Positions 9,187 through 19,722 of a stretch of 64,000 nucleotides of DNA are shown piece after piece (within the stretch, counting starts at the first letter, position 1; the number at the start of each line of letters is the position of its first letter). The translations under genes and the position numbers were made by a program. Below the pieces are notes generated by a model. That model was not told the origin of the DNA. It made no database searches and saw only the letters and a program-made list of their open reading frames with translations. This DNA is from Planctomycetota bacterium (lineage in GTDB: Bacteria > Planctomycetota > UBA1135 > UBA2386), in contig JBKAGP010000001.1 of the NCBI GenBank assembly GCA_046290465.1, forward strand, positions 800,001-864,000, written 5' to 3'.

Positions 9187-12100
9187 ATGATGCGTCCGCA
9201 GTTCCTGTTGTCTCTCCTCCTCGCGGTGCCGGCGTTCGCGCAGGACCGCACCATCCGCCTGCCGCGGGATCCGCGGCTGTCGCCGGACGGCAAACAGATC
9301 ACCTTCGCCTGGCGTGGCGACATCTGGGTCGCTTCGTCCGACGGTGGCGCCGCGTTCCGGCTGACCACGCATCCGAGCGACGACGGCTCGCCGTGGTTCA
9401 CGCCCAAGCAGGACGCGATCCTGTTCCAGAGCAGCCGCGGCGGCAGCCGGCAGATCTACCGCGTGCCGCTGGGCGGCGGGGCGCCGACGCAGCTCACCCA
9501 CGACTCCAACGGCAAGACCATCTACGGCTTCTCGGCCGACGGCAGCGAACTGCTGGTCGGCATGCGCACGGACCGCGGCTTCCACTACTCGGAATCGACG
9601 CGGCTGTTCGCGATCGACCTCGCGGGTGAGAAGCCCAAGCGCATGCTGCTCGACGTCGGCCTGTCCCAAGCGGCGCTGTCGCCCGACGGCAACCACCTGC
9701 TGTTCGTGCGCGGCCGGCCGATGTGGTCGCGCAAGGGCCACCGCGGCACGCAGTCGGCGCAGCTCTGGCATGCCGACCTGCGCCAGACGCCGGCCACCAT
9801 CGAGCGCCTCGACGAGGACCAGAAGGACTTCCAGAACATCGCCTGGCAGAACCCGGTCTGGGCGCCCGACAGCAAGACCTACTACTACGTCAGCGACCCG
9901 GACGGCACGTTCGACGTCTACCAGCGCCGGCTCGGCAGCGACGCGGTGCGCCGGGTGACGCGCGTCGGCGCGCTCGACCGCAGCGACGACGGGGTGGCGT
10001 TCCCGAGCATCAGCAAGGACGGCACGACCATCCTGGTGCGCCGTCGGTTCGACCTGATGAAGGTCGACACCAACTCCGGCCAGGTGCAGCCGCTGGCGCT
10101 GCGCGCGACCGGCGACGACCACGCGGTGGCGCTCGAGCGTCGCACCGAGACGTCGGCCGAGAACGTCGCGTTCACCGCCGACGGCAAGCAGATGGCGTTC
10201 GTGTCCGGTGAGGACGTCTGGGTGATGGACCGCATCCTGAAGGAACCGCGCCGCGTCACCGACACCCCCCACAACGAGACCAGCGTGGCGTTCAGCGAGG
10301 ACGGCAAGCGGCTGTTCTTCGTCAGCGACGTCAGCGGCGAGTTCGACATCTGGGAGGCGACCATCGACCGCGAGGACGGCATCTGGTGGCTGGCCGACTC
10401 GTTCGCGCTGCGCCAGGTGACCGACGACCGGGCGGTCGAGGGCAACCTGCGGCGCAGCCCGAAGGGCGACCACATCGCCTACACCAAGCAGAGCGACATC
10501 TTCGTCATGGACGGCGACGGCAGCGACCACCGCAAGGTCGTCGACGCGTGGTCGATGCCGCAGTTCGACTGGTCGCCGGACGGCCGCTGGCTGACCTACG
10601 CGACGCAGGATTCCGACTACAACTCGGACGTCTGGATCGTGGCGCTCGACGGCACCCAGCAGCCCTACAACCTGTCGCGCCATCCGGACTTCGACGGCAG
10701 CCCGGCGTGGTCGGGCGACGGCAAGCGGATCGCGTTCACCAGCCGGCGCGACGGCGACGAGTCGGACGTCTACTACGTCAACCTGACGGCCGAGACCGAG
10801 GAGAAGACCAGCCGTGACCGCACGCTCGAGAAGGCGCTGGCGGCGATGAAGTCCGGCAAGGGCAAGGGGGACGGCAAGGCCAAGGGCAAGGGCAAGGAGA
10901 AGCAGGCGGCGGAGGCCGGCTCCGACCGGGCGAAGGGCAAGCCGACGGACGAAAAGCACGCCGACGACAAGGTCGTCGTGCACCTCGACGGCATCCGCGA
11001 CCGCCTGCACCGGATCTCGATCCGCAACAGCCGCGAGGGCGGCCTGATCTGGTCACCGGACGGCAAGACGCTGGCGTTCTCGGCGACGGTGTCGTCGCAG
11101 TCGGGCTTCTACGGCGTGACGTTCCCCAACCCGGGGGCTCCGAAGAAGCTCGCGGCACGCGGCCTGCGGCGCGCGACCTGGCAGCAGCAGGGCAACGAGA
11201 TCGTCGGCCTCAGCAGCGGCAAGCCGGCGGTGCTCAAGAAGGGCACCAGCCTCGAGGTGTTCCCGTTCTCGGTGCGGCGCACCCGCGATTGGTCGGCCGT
11301 GCGGCAGATCTCGTTCGACCAGGGCTGGCGCGCGATGCGCGATCGCTTCTACGACCCCGACATGAACAACCGCGACTGGGACGCGATCCGTCGCAAGTAC
11401 CGCCCGGTCGCCGCGCAGTGCCTCGGCCAGCGGGAGTTCACCGACCTGATGAACATGATGCTCGGGGAACTCAACGCGTCGCACATGGGCCACCGTGGCG
11501 GCAGCGACGCGCTGCCGTCGACCAGCAGCACCAGCAGCTGGGCGCCGACGACCCACCACCTCGGCCTGCGCTTCGCGCTGGATCGGCCGGAGAAGGGGCT
11601 GGTCGTGACCAGCGTGATCCCGGGCAGTCCGTGCGACCTGGTGCGCAGCAAGGTGCACGTCGGGGAGGCGCTGCTGGCCGTCGACGGGGTCGCGATCACG
11701 CGCGACGTCGACCTCGACGACCTGCTGACGATGGACCAGACCCGCGACGTCGAGCTGACCATCGGCGGCGAGGACGGCAGCGAGCACAAGATCACGGTGC
11801 GCCCGACCCGTTCGGTCGCCGGGCTGCTCTACGAGGAGTTCGTCGAGGGCAACCGCAAGAAGGTCGACGAGCTGTCGGACGGCAAGCTCGGCTACCTGCA
11901 CATCCGCGGCATGAACATGTCGAGCTTCCGGCAGATGGAGGAGGACCTCTACCACGCCGGCGCCGGCAAGGACGGCCTGATCATCGACGTGCGCTTCAAC
12001 GGCGGCGGCAGCACCACCGACCACGTGATGACGGCACTGACCCAGCCGGTGCACGCGATCACCAAGTCGCGCGGCAGCGGCGAGGGCTACCCGCAGGATC

Positions 12101-12525
12101 GCAAGATCTACGCGTCGTGGACCAAGCCGATCATCCTGATGTGCAACGAGCACTCGTTCTCGAACGCCGAGATCCTGAGCCACGCGGTCAAGCAGGTCGG
12201 TCGCGGCCGGCTGGTCGGCATGCGCACGGCCGGCGGCGTGATCTCGACCGGTTCGGTGGGGCTGCTCGACGGCAGTTCGGTTCGCATGCCGATGCGGGGC
12301 TGGTACCTGGTCTCGACGGGCGAGGACATGGAGCTGAACGGGTGCCTGCCCGACATCGCGATGTGGAACGACCCGATGGGTCCGGATGCGCAGCTGGCGC
12401 GGGCGGTCGAGGAGCTGCAGGCCGACGTCGCCAAGGAGCAGGCCAAGGGTGCCGTCAAGATCCTGCCGGCGGCGACCCGGCGGCGCATGGAGAAGCGCGC
12501 CAGCGACGCCAGCGGCGGCCGATAG
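9187..12525 (+). CDS. tricorn-like protease (peptidase S41, PD40/WD40 propellers, PDZ)
   Basis: SPDG repeats; MLGELNASH; GYLHIRGM; IIDVRFNGGG; SFSNAE catalytic region; GRLVGMRTAGGVI. Confidence 0.92.
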   Translation: MMRPQFLLSLLLAVPAFAQDRTIRLPRDPRLSPDGKQITFAWRGDIWVASSDGGAAFRLTTHPSDDGSPWFTPKQDAILFQSSRGGSRQIYRVPLGGGAPTQLTHDSNGKTIYGFSADGSELLVGMRTDRGFHYSESTRLFAIDLAGEKPKRMLLDVGLSQAALSPDGNHLLFVRGRPMWSRKGHRGTQSAQLWHADLRQTPATIERLDEDQKDFQNIAWQNPVWAPDSKTYYYVSDPDGTFDVYQRRLGSDAVRRVTRVGALDRSDDGVAFPSISKDGTTILVRRRFDLMKVDTNSGQVQPLALRATGDDHAVALERRTETSAENVAFTADGKQMAFVSGEDVWVMDRILKEPRRVTDTPHNETSVAFSEDGKRLFFVSDVSGEFDIWEATIDREDGIWWLADSFALRQVTDDRAVEGNLRRSPKGDHIAYTKQSDIFVMDGDGSDHRKVVDAWSMPQFDWSPDGRWLTYATQDSDYNSDVWIVALDGTQQPYNLSRHPDFDGSPAWSGDGKRIAFTSRRDGDESDVYYVNLTAETEEKTSRDRTLEKALAAMKSGKGKGDGKAKGKGKEKQAAEAGSDRAKGKPTDEKHADDKVVVHLDGIRDRLHRISIRNSREGGLIWSPDGKTLAFSATVSSQSGFYGVTFPNPGAPKKLAARGLRRATWQQQGNEIVGLSSGKPAVLKKGTSLEVFPFSVRRTRDWSAVRQISFDQGWRAMRDRFYDPDMNNRDWDAIRRKYRPVAAQCLGQREFTDLMNMMLGELNASHMGHRGGSDALPSTSSTSSWAPTTHHLGLRFALDRPEKGLVVTSVIPGSPCDLVRSKVHVGEALLAVDGVAITRDVDLDDLLTMDQTRDVELTIGGEDGSEHKITVRPTRSVAGLLYEEFVEGNRKKVDELSDGKLGYLHIRGMNMSSFRQMEEDLYHAGAGKDGLIIDVRFNGGGSTTDHVMTALTQPVHAITKSRGSGEGYPQDRKIYASWTKPIILMCNEHSFSNAEILSHAVKQVGRGRLVGMRTAGGVISTGSVGLLDGSSVRMPMRGWYLVSTGEDMELNGCLPDIAMWNDPMGPDAQLARAVEELQADVAKEQAKGAVKILPAATRRRMEKRASDASGGR

Positions 12526-12564
12526 CGGCGCCGCCGGGCGTGCCGGTGCGGCTAGCATGCCCGC

Positions 12565-13275
12565 ATGCTGTCCATGCGGTTGCTGTCCGACAACTACCGG
12601 CACGCCTACCTGCTCGCGGCCCTGTTGATGCTGGTCGCGCTGCGGCCGTTCGTGACCCCGGACGGCGGCGGCTTCGGCCTGATCGACGGCTTCCTGGGCC
12701 TGGCGCTGCTGACCGCGGTTGCCAACTCGGCGCACGGCCGGGGGACCCGCTACGTCGCGATCGCGCTCGGCCTGCTGGTCATCGGCTTCCGGGTGCTGTC
12801 GATGCCGGCCGACTCGCCGCTCGCCTACACGCACTTGTTCTTCGCGACGATGGTGCTGTTCTGCGGGCTGTCGGCGGTGCTGCTGCTGGTGCACCTGTTC
12901 GAGCCGAAGGCGTGCATCACCACCGACACGATCCTCGGTGCGGTCAACGCCTACCTGCTGCTCGGGATCGGCTGGGCGTGCGGCTACTCGCTGCTCGAGT
13001 GCCTGGAGCCGGGCTCCTTCGACTTCGGCGAGCGCGTCGTCGAGGCGTCACGCGACCAATTCTGGACGTTCATCGGCTTCAGCTACACGACCCTTACGAC
13101 GCTCGGCTACGGCAACATCTCGCCGATGAACGCCCGCGCCGACGCGCTGGCGACCTGCGAAGCCATGCTCGGCCAGTTCTACGTCGCCATCCTGGTCGGC
13201 CGCCTCGTCGCCCTGCAACTCAACCAACGCCACACCCACGACGTCGTCACCGCCGCGCGCAAGGCCCCCCGCTAA
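12565..13275 (+). CDS. potassium channel family protein (Ion_trans_2-like)
   Basis: Multiple TM helices and pore motif FSYTTLTTLGYGNISP followed by EAMLGQFY. Confidence 0.85.
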   Translation: MLSMRLLSDNYRHAYLLAALLMLVALRPFVTPDGGGFGLIDGFLGLALLTAVANSAHGRGTRYVAIALGLLVIGFRVLSMPADSPLAYTHLFFATMVLFCGLSAVLLLVHLFEPKACITTDTILGAVNAYLLLGIGWACGYSLLECLEPGSFDFGERVVEASRDQFWTFIGFSYTTLTTLGYGNISPMNARADALATCEAMLGQFYVAILVGRLVALQLNQRHTHDVVTAARKAPR

Positions 13276-13338
13276 TCCGAGAGTCTGGCTCCGAGAGTCT
13301 GGTTCCGAAGTCTCGTCCCGAACGTCTGATTCCGGGAG
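13276..13338. repeat. imperfect tandem repeat, about 4.5 units of 13-14 bp (TCCGAGAGTCTGGY)
   Basis: TCCGAGAGTCTGGC TCCGAGAGTCTGGT TCCGAAGTCTCGT CCCGAACGTCTGAT TCCGGGAG. Confidence 0.75.
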
Positions 13339-13385
13339 CAGACCTCACCGAGCACGGCGCTGCCCCCGACGCCTGCCGCGCTGGT

Positions 13386-13468
13386 GGGCAAAGCCCCGTC
13401 CGCACGCGTACACGCCGCTTCCGCGATCACGGTCGGCAGCGCGTCCACTACATGGACGCGCTCCTGGC
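13386..13468 (-). repeat. 83-bp dispersed palindromic intergenic repeat, copy 1 (inverted relative to copies 2 and 3)
   Basis: Near-identical to the reverse complement of 35764-35846 and 59950-60032; hairpin AGCGCGTCCA-CTACA-TGGACGCGCT. Confidence 0.92.
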
Positions 13469-13527
13469 GACGGCGTCGGGGCCAGGTGGCGCAGGATGAA
13501 CCCGGTTCAGTATGCGGCACTTCGGGG

Positions 13528-16500
13528 TCAGCGGTGGTAGGCGGCGGCTTCGGCTTCGTCGCGGGCTTGTTCTTCGAGGAACTCGTGCAGCTCGGCCTGT
13601 TCTTCGTTGGTGATCCAGCTCGGGTCGGGGTGGTCCGGGTCGATCTCGACGCGGATCTTCTGCACGAACGGCTCGCCGTCGACGGTCAGGCGCGCGGTGT
13701 AGGTGCCCGGGCCGACCCGGCTGCCGCCGCGTCGCATGTAGAACTGGCGCGCGCGCTCGCTGGCGCCGTCGGGGATGTTGACCGGGCCGCGCAGGTTCCA
13801 GGTGACGCGGTGCAGGCCCTTGTCGCTGCTCGCTTCCAGTTCGCGCACCGCCTTGCCGCTGCTGTCGAGGATCTCGAGCTGCACCGAACGGGCGCGCTTG
13901 TGGATGTGGTACGCGAGGTGTGCGCCGTCGCGCGGGTTCTCGGCGGCGAAGCGGCGGTTGGTGCCGCCGGTCGACATGCCCGACCGCCAGATCACGGCCG
14001 ACACCGGCTTGTAGAAGTGCACGTCCTTGGCCATGACCTCCTTGGTCATCTGCCGGATCTCGTTGACCGACGCGATCCACAAGCTGCGGCCGTGGGTGCC
14101 GGCGACGACCTCACCCGACGGCACGTTGAGCGCGAACGCGTGCACCGCGACCGTCGGCAGGTCCCCGTTGAACCGGGTCCAGTGCTCGCCGCGGTCCAGC
14201 GTCACGAACGTCTGGAACTCGGTGCCCAGGTAGAGCACGTTCTCGTTGACCGGGTCCTCGGCGATCGTGCGCGTCGAGCCCGCACCTTCGGGCAGCGTCG
14301 CCGTCAGCGAACGCCAGGTCTTGCCGCCGTCGTCGGTGGCCAGCGCGTAGGCGGCGTCGTCGTCGCTGCGGTGGCCGTCGAGGGTCACGTAGGCGCGCTT
14401 GGCGTCGAACCTGGACGCGACCAGCTCGCTGACCCAGCGCGGGCCGGGCACGAGGTGCTGGATCGGGCGCGCCGCGGCCGGCTGCGACCCGGCGTTGGGG
14501 CCGCGCGGCGGCTGTTCGCCCTCCGGCGCTTCGCCAGCCGGCGCTTCTTCGGCGACCTCGAAGCAGTCGATCCAGTTGTCGCCGCCGTCGTGCGTGACCC
14601 ACAGCGCGCCGTCGTCGGTGCCGACGTAGACGATGTCGTCGTCCTTCGGCGACTCGGCCAGCGCCGTCGCGGCGCCGCGCTCGGTGTTGGTGATCACCGG
14701 CGAGATCGTCTGCATGTTGGCGCCGCGGTTGAGCGACTTGAACACGCGGCTGCCGGCCGTGTAGACGATCTTGCTGTTGTGCGCCGACAGGATGTACGGC
14801 GTCTCCCAGTTGTAGCGGATGCGTTCGCCCTTGTCGCCGCGGCCGCCCCGCAGGCTGCCGCGCTCGCTGTTGGCGAGGTTGCGCCAGCCCGGAGGCCCGT
14901 TCTGGCTCTGGCTGTAGACGACGTGCTTGTCGTCCGGGTCGACCAGGCAGCGGAAGCCGTCACCACCACCGACGCGCACCCAGTCGTGGTTGCGGGCGCC
15001 GGTGCCGGCGGTGCGGCTCGGGCCGCCCCACGAACCGTTGTCCTGCAGGCCGCCGTAGACGCGGTAGTTGCGGTCCGAGCTGACGCCGACGTGGTAGAAC
15101 TGGCCGATCGCCACGTGGTTGAGGTGGTCCCAGTTCTTGCCGGCGTCGTAGGTGACGTAGATGCCGCCGTCACAGCCGTGGATGATGTGGTTGCCGTCGT
15201 TGGGGTCGATCCACTCGGCGTGGTGGTCGACGTGCATGCCGCTGCCGGCGCCGCGATCGAACGTCTTGCCGCCGTCCGTCGAACGGTAGAGCGACGTGCC
15301 GAGCACCATCAGGTTGTCGCTGTTGCTCGGATCGATGCGGATCTGGCTGTAGTACATCGGCCGAGGGTTCAGCGTGTTGATCCGCGTCCAGGTGTCGCCG
15401 CCGTCGGTCGACTTGTAGATGCCGCCGTACTCGTGGCCGGCCTTGCCCTGCAGGTCGGGCGAACCACCGGACTGGCCGCCGAGCGTGCCGATGAACGGCG
15501 AACGCGCGTTCTTCGGGAACGTGCCGAACGTCAGCGTGATCTCGAGGTCCTTGCGGTCGCGCACGACCGACAGCACCGCTTCGTCGCCGGCCCGGAACTG
15601 CCGGCAGGCGCGGTCGAAGTCCTGCTGCGAGTTCACCCGCTTGCCGGCGACCGCGAGGATCACGTCGTCCTTCTTCAGCCCGGCCTTCTCGGCGGGCGTC
15701 GGCTCGGCCTTCTGCTGCGCTTCCTCCTGCTCGCCCGAGCGCGTGCCGCGACGGCCGCCGCGACGCGACGGCTTGACCGCGTTGATCTTGACGCCGGCGT
15801 CGGCGCTGGCGACCGAAGCGCCGTGGTAGGCGGCGTCCTCGGGCTGCTTGGCGATCATCTCGCTCTCGACGATCGCCATCAGCACGTTGGGGTCCTTGCG
15901 GTAGTAGTCGATGCCGACGCGGCCGATCTGGCAGCTCGGCAGGCCGGTCTTGATGCGCATCCAGTTGACGCCGCCGTCGGTCGTCTTCCAGATGCCGCCA
16001 CCCGGCCCCCAGCGCTTGGCCGGATCGTTGGTGTCGAAGCCGTCGCGGGCGCGCTCGTAGGTCGCGACCATCAGCGTGTCCGGCTCGTTCGGGTGCATGT
16101 CGATGTCGATCACGCCGGTCTGGTCGTCGACGTAGAGCACCTTGGCCCAGGTCTTGCCGCCGTCGGTGGTCTTGTAGAGGCCGCGATCCTCGTTGGGGCC
16201 GTAGAGGCGGCCGAGCGCGCCGACGTAGACGATGTCTGGGTTGGTCGGGTGGATCGCGATGCGACCGGTCTGGAACGTCTTGGCCAGGCCCATGTGCGAC
16301 CAGGTCTTGCCGCCGTCGGTCGACTTGTAGACGCCGTTGCCGTAGCTGACCGAGTTGCGCGGGTTGGCCTCGCCGGTGCCGACCCAGACGATGTCCTTGT
16401 TGGACTGCGACACCGCGACGTGGCCGATCGACACGACCTTCTCGCGATCGAACTGGTGTTCGAACGTCATGCCGTTGTTGGTCGTCTTGACCAGCCCACC

Positions 16501-16701
16501 CGACGCGGTGGCCGCCCACCACGTGCTCGGCTCGGCCTCGTAGACCGCGAGCGAGATGATGCGGCCGCCCATCGTCGACGGACCGATGCTGCGCCAGTGC
16601 AGCGCGTTCGCCCAGGCCTCGGGCAGTTGTTGGCAGGTGAGGGACGAGGCGGCGACCAGCGCGGCGCCGACGAACAACGGGCTACGAAGCATTCTTTGCA
16701 T
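13528..16701 (-). CDS. VPS10/sortilin-like BNR (Asp-box) repeat beta-propeller protein with PDZ insertion
   Basis: WRSIGP..MGGRI N-terminus, many STDGGKTW Asp-boxes, MHVDHHA, YGGLQDNGSW; PDZ-like 'PAEKAGLKKDDVILAV'. Confidence 0.85.
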   Translation of the reverse strand: MQRMLRSPLFVGAALVAASSLTCQQLPEAWANALHWRSIGPSTMGGRIISLAVYEAEPSTWWAATASGGLVKTTNNGMTFEHQFDREKVVSIGHVAVSQSNKDIVWVGTGEANPRNSVSYGNGVYKSTDGGKTWSHMGLAKTFQTGRIAIHPTNPDIVYVGALGRLYGPNEDRGLYKTTDGGKTWAKVLYVDDQTGVIDIDMHPNEPDTLMVATYERARDGFDTNDPAKRWGPGGGIWKTTDGGVNWMRIKTGLPSCQIGRVGIDYYRKDPNVLMAIVESEMIAKQPEDAAYHGASVASADAGVKINAVKPSRRGGRRGTRSGEQEEAQQKAEPTPAEKAGLKKDDVILAVAGKRVNSQQDFDRACRQFRAGDEAVLSVVRDRKDLEITLTFGTFPKNARSPFIGTLGGQSGGSPDLQGKAGHEYGGIYKSTDGGDTWTRINTLNPRPMYYSQIRIDPSNSDNLMVLGTSLYRSTDGGKTFDRGAGSGMHVDHHAEWIDPNDGNHIIHGCDGGIYVTYDAGKNWDHLNHVAIGQFYHVGVSSDRNYRVYGGLQDNGSWGGPSRTAGTGARNHDWVRVGGGDGFRCLVDPDDKHVVYSQSQNGPPGWRNLANSERGSLRGGRGDKGERIRYNWETPYILSAHNSKIVYTAGSRVFKSLNRGANMQTISPVITNTERGAATALAESPKDDDIVYVGTDDGALWVTHDGGDNWIDCFEVAEEAPAGEAPEGEQPPRGPNAGSQPAAARPIQHLVPGPRWVSELVASRFDAKRAYVTLDGHRSDDDAAYALATDDGGKTWRSLTATLPEGAGSTRTIAEDPVNENVLYLGTEFQTFVTLDRGEHWTRFNGDLPTVAVHAFALNVPSGEVVAGTHGRSLWIASVNEIRQMTKEVMAKDVHFYKPVSAVIWRSGMSTGGTNRRFAAENPRDGAHLAYHIHKRARSVQLEILDSSGKAVRELEASSDKGLHRVTWNLRGPVNIPDGASERARQFYMRRGGSRVGPGTYTARLTVDGEPFVQKIRVEIDPDHPDPSWITNEEQAELHEFLEEQARDEAEAAAYHR

Positions 16702-16979
16702 CTCCTTGCAGGCTCTCCGCGCAGCACGTGCCGGCAGCGGACAGCGGCATTCTGAGGGGGCCGCAGTCTACGCCGACGATCGGCCGCCGGCGCGCGACCA
16801 TCCACGTAGGCACATACCTGTCACAACCTTGCGCGGCCCCGTCCGAGGGCACCGGAACCCGGCATCGCGCACCGGCGCGATTCCGCGCCACGCCTGCGTC
16901 GATCCCGCTACCCTGTGCCCACCCACTGGCGCGCCGCGGACCCCTCCGGCGGCCAGACACCACCACCGAAGGAGCCTTC

Positions 16980-19610
16980 GTGCAGAGTCTGCGACCCTCG
17001 TCCGCCTTCCTGGTCCTCGCCGCGACCGCGGCGACCTCTTCGCTCGCCCACGCCCAGTGGGTCACCTACAGCAACGAAACCGCGACGCGCGTGTCCGCTG
17101 CGCCGGGCCTGGTCGTCAGCGACCAGGAGGAGAAGGACTACGCCTGGGCGGACCTCGACCACGACGGCGACACCGACCTGGTGGTCGCCCGCAAGGAGCC
17201 GTTCACGTCGAGCGGCCACTTCCCCAACGTGCTGCTGATGAACGAAGGCGGCGTGCTGACGGACCGTTCGGGGACGTTGACGACGTCGACCGTGCCCGGC
17301 AGCTCCGGCTTCCTCGACGCCACCAACGACCGCGACGTCGTGATCGCCGACATCAACGGCGACGGCTGGGAGGACGTGATCTTCGCGACCACGCTGACGG
17401 CCAACATGCCGCAGTACATCCGCGCCAACCGGGTCTACCTCAACCTCGGCGAACAGAACGGCGTCTGGCAGGGCCTGCTCTACGACGACCCGGCGCGCAT
17501 CGACGACACCCCGTGGAACGGCGAGCACCGCTTCTGTTCGGTCGCGGCCGGCGATGTCGACGGCGATGGCGACATCGACCTCTACTTCGGCGACTACCAG
17601 CAGGGCGGCACCCGGTCGATGGACATCGACGACCGCCTGCTGATCAACGACGGCACCGGCTACTTCACCGACGAGTCGGCCGCCCGGATGAGCACGACGA
17701 TGCTCGAGTCGTCGTTCGGCATGAAGGTCGCGATCGTCGACATGAACAACGACGGCAAGCTCGACATCATGAAGGACGACGCGCTGAACGCGCCGCAGGC
17801 GGTGTCGATCAGCTACAACGACACCGCGACCGAGGGCGTCTTCGGCAGCTACGACCTGCCCTACGGCAACGCGCCCTACCACTTCAACGTCGGCGACCTC
17901 AACAACGACGGCTGGACCGACTTCATCGTCAGCGACGACGGCCAGGACCAGTACATGCTCAACCAGGGCCCGATCACCCAGGGGGGCCCGACCACGTTCG
18001 CGCCGAGCATCGCGTTCAGCTACACCGGCGGCGGTGGCGACGACGGCTTCGGCGGCAACAACCTGATCGCCGACCTCGACGGCGACGGCTGGCAGGACGC
18101 AGTCGTCGCCGACGCCGACGTCGACATCCCCGGCTGCAACCGGCGCTGCCACATCTTCCGCAACCTCGGCAACGCGCCGAACGTCACGCTGCAGGAACAG
18201 ATCGTCAACGGCCAGGTCGTCGGCGGCATCACTCCGGCGGCGCTGCAGGGCACCTTCGACGTGGCGGTGTTCGACATCAACGGCGACGGCGCGATGGACC
18301 TGGTGGTCGGTCGCTGCACCGGCACCGAGATCTACATCAACGACCCGCCGACCTCGATCTCGTTCAGCTTCGTCGGCGGCCAGCCGGCGATGGTCGCCCC
18401 CGGCGTGCCGACCGACATCACCGTCGACGTGGTCGGCCTCGGCGTGCAGCCGGTGTCGGGCACCGGCGTACTCCACTACGCCATCGGGGCCGCGCCGTTC
18501 CAGTCGGTCGCGATGACCGACAACGGCGCCGGCCAGTACACCGGCACCCTGCCGCTGCTCAACTGCACCGAGACGGTGCGGTACTACGTCAGCGTGCAGG
18601 CGACCGACAGCCAGACCTACAGCGATCCCCCGTCGGCGCCGTCGGGCTACTACGAGGCGCTGTCCGCCTACGGCACCGGCACGCTCTACCAGAACGACTT
18701 CGAGGCCAACGCCACCGGCTGGACGGTGGTCAACGACCCGGCGCTGATCAACGGTGCCTGGGAGCGTGTCGATCCCAACGGCACGGTCTACAACGGCCAG
18801 CTGGCGGCGCCGTTCGGCGACGCGCAGTCGGGTGCGGCCGACCAGTGCTTCGTCACCAAGCAGGGCGCGCTGGTCGAGCCCGCCGGCCTCAACGACGTCG
18901 ACGGCGGCCCGACCGACCTGATCTCGCCGGTGCTCGACTACGCCAACAGCGACGGCAACATCTCGTTCCAGGCGTGGCTCTACTCGTCGGTCAACGGCAG
19001 CGACCCGCTGCAGGTCGACGTCACCAACGACGGCAGCAGCTGGGTCGCGGTGATGCAGATCCAGCCCGAGTACGGCACGCCCGACGCGACCAACCAGTGG
19101 ACGCAGTACTCGTTCAAGCTCAGCGACTACGTGACGCCGACGGCGACCGTGCAGGTGCGCTTCCGGATCGCCGACCTGTTCGCCGGCCAGGTGGTCGAAG
19201 CGGCCATCGACGTGTTCCGCGCCGGCCTGATCGACTGCCGCTACTGCCAGCCCGACTTCGCGCTGCAGACCAGCGGCCCGGCGACGCTGTCGATGTGCGG
19301 CGACGTGCTGTCGGCGGCGACGCCCGACACGACGCTCGAGATCGAGAGCCTGCCGGCCGGCACCAACGGCCTGTTGATCTTCGACGCGATCCCCAACCCG
19401 TCGCCGTGGAACGGCGGGGAGCTGATCTCGCCGGCGCCGCTGGTGCTCAGCCAGTTCTTCGCCAACGGCAACGGCGGCTTCGCCGTGCCGCTGGCGATCG
19501 GTGGCCTGCTGCCGCCGGGCTTCGCGCTCTACGTGCAGGCGGTCTACAGCGACGCGTCGCTGCCCGGCGGCGCCGGCGTGACCAACGCGCTGCGCGTCGA
19601 CTGGAACTGA
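16980..19610 (+). CDS. secreted FG-GAP repeat protein with C-terminal beta-sandwich domains
   Basis: GTG start after GGAG RBS (16971); signal peptide AHAQ; DLDHDGDTD, DINGDGWED, DVDGDGDID, DMNNDGKLD, DLNNDGWTD motifs. Confidence 0.8.
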   Translation: MQSLRPSSAFLVLAATAATSSLAHAQWVTYSNETATRVSAAPGLVVSDQEEKDYAWADLDHDGDTDLVVARKEPFTSSGHFPNVLLMNEGGVLTDRSGTLTTSTVPGSSGFLDATNDRDVVIADINGDGWEDVIFATTLTANMPQYIRANRVYLNLGEQNGVWQGLLYDDPARIDDTPWNGEHRFCSVAAGDVDGDGDIDLYFGDYQQGGTRSMDIDDRLLINDGTGYFTDESAARMSTTMLESSFGMKVAIVDMNNDGKLDIMKDDALNAPQAVSISYNDTATEGVFGSYDLPYGNAPYHFNVGDLNNDGWTDFIVSDDGQDQYMLNQGPITQGGPTTFAPSIAFSYTGGGGDDGFGGNNLIADLDGDGWQDAVVADADVDIPGCNRRCHIFRNLGNAPNVTLQEQIVNGQVVGGITPAALQGTFDVAVFDINGDGAMDLVVGRCTGTEIYINDPPTSISFSFVGGQPAMVAPGVPTDITVDVVGLGVQPVSGTGVLHYAIGAAPFQSVAMTDNGAGQYTGTLPLLNCTETVRYYVSVQATDSQTYSDPPSAPSGYYEALSAYGTGTLYQNDFEANATGWTVVNDPALINGAWERVDPNGTVYNGQLAAPFGDAQSGAADQCFVTKQGALVEPAGLNDVDGGPTDLISPVLDYANSDGNISFQAWLYSSVNGSDPLQVDVTNDGSSWVAVMQIQPEYGTPDATNQWTQYSFKLSDYVTPTATVQVRFRIADLFAGQVVEAAIDVFRAGLIDCRYCQPDFALQTSGPATLSMCGDVLSAATPDTTLEIESLPAGTNGLLIFDAIPNPSPWNGGELISPAPLVLSQFFANGNGGFAVPLAIGGLLPPGFALYVQAVYSDASLPGGAGVTNALRVDWN

Positions 19611-19619
19611 TCCGGGCGG

Positions 19620-19648
19620 CGGTCCCGGCCGCACCCCGGCCGGGACCG
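19620..19648. terminator. GC-rich hairpin (possible terminator or mRNA stabiliser)
   Basis: 12-bp perfect stem CGGTCCCGGCCG/CGGCCGGGACCG with 5-nt loop just after a stop codon; no U-tract. Confidence 0.4.
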
Positions 19649-19722
19649 GAACGTCACACGCGCCCGCTGGGACGAGCCCGGCGAGGCCGTAGACTCCAGC
19701 GTCCATCGCAACCCTGGAGTCC

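Noticed and set aside
13276..13468. CRISPR-like array
   Set aside because: Units are contiguous with no unique spacers, too short, and no cas genes are present
16728..16979. N-terminal extensions given by the ORF track (also 21462, 27125, 32307, 39170, 43050, 43713, 54840)
   Set aside because: Downstream starts have an RBS, signal peptide, translational coupling or domain boundaries; the extensions overlap other genes or a tRNA, or look non-coding
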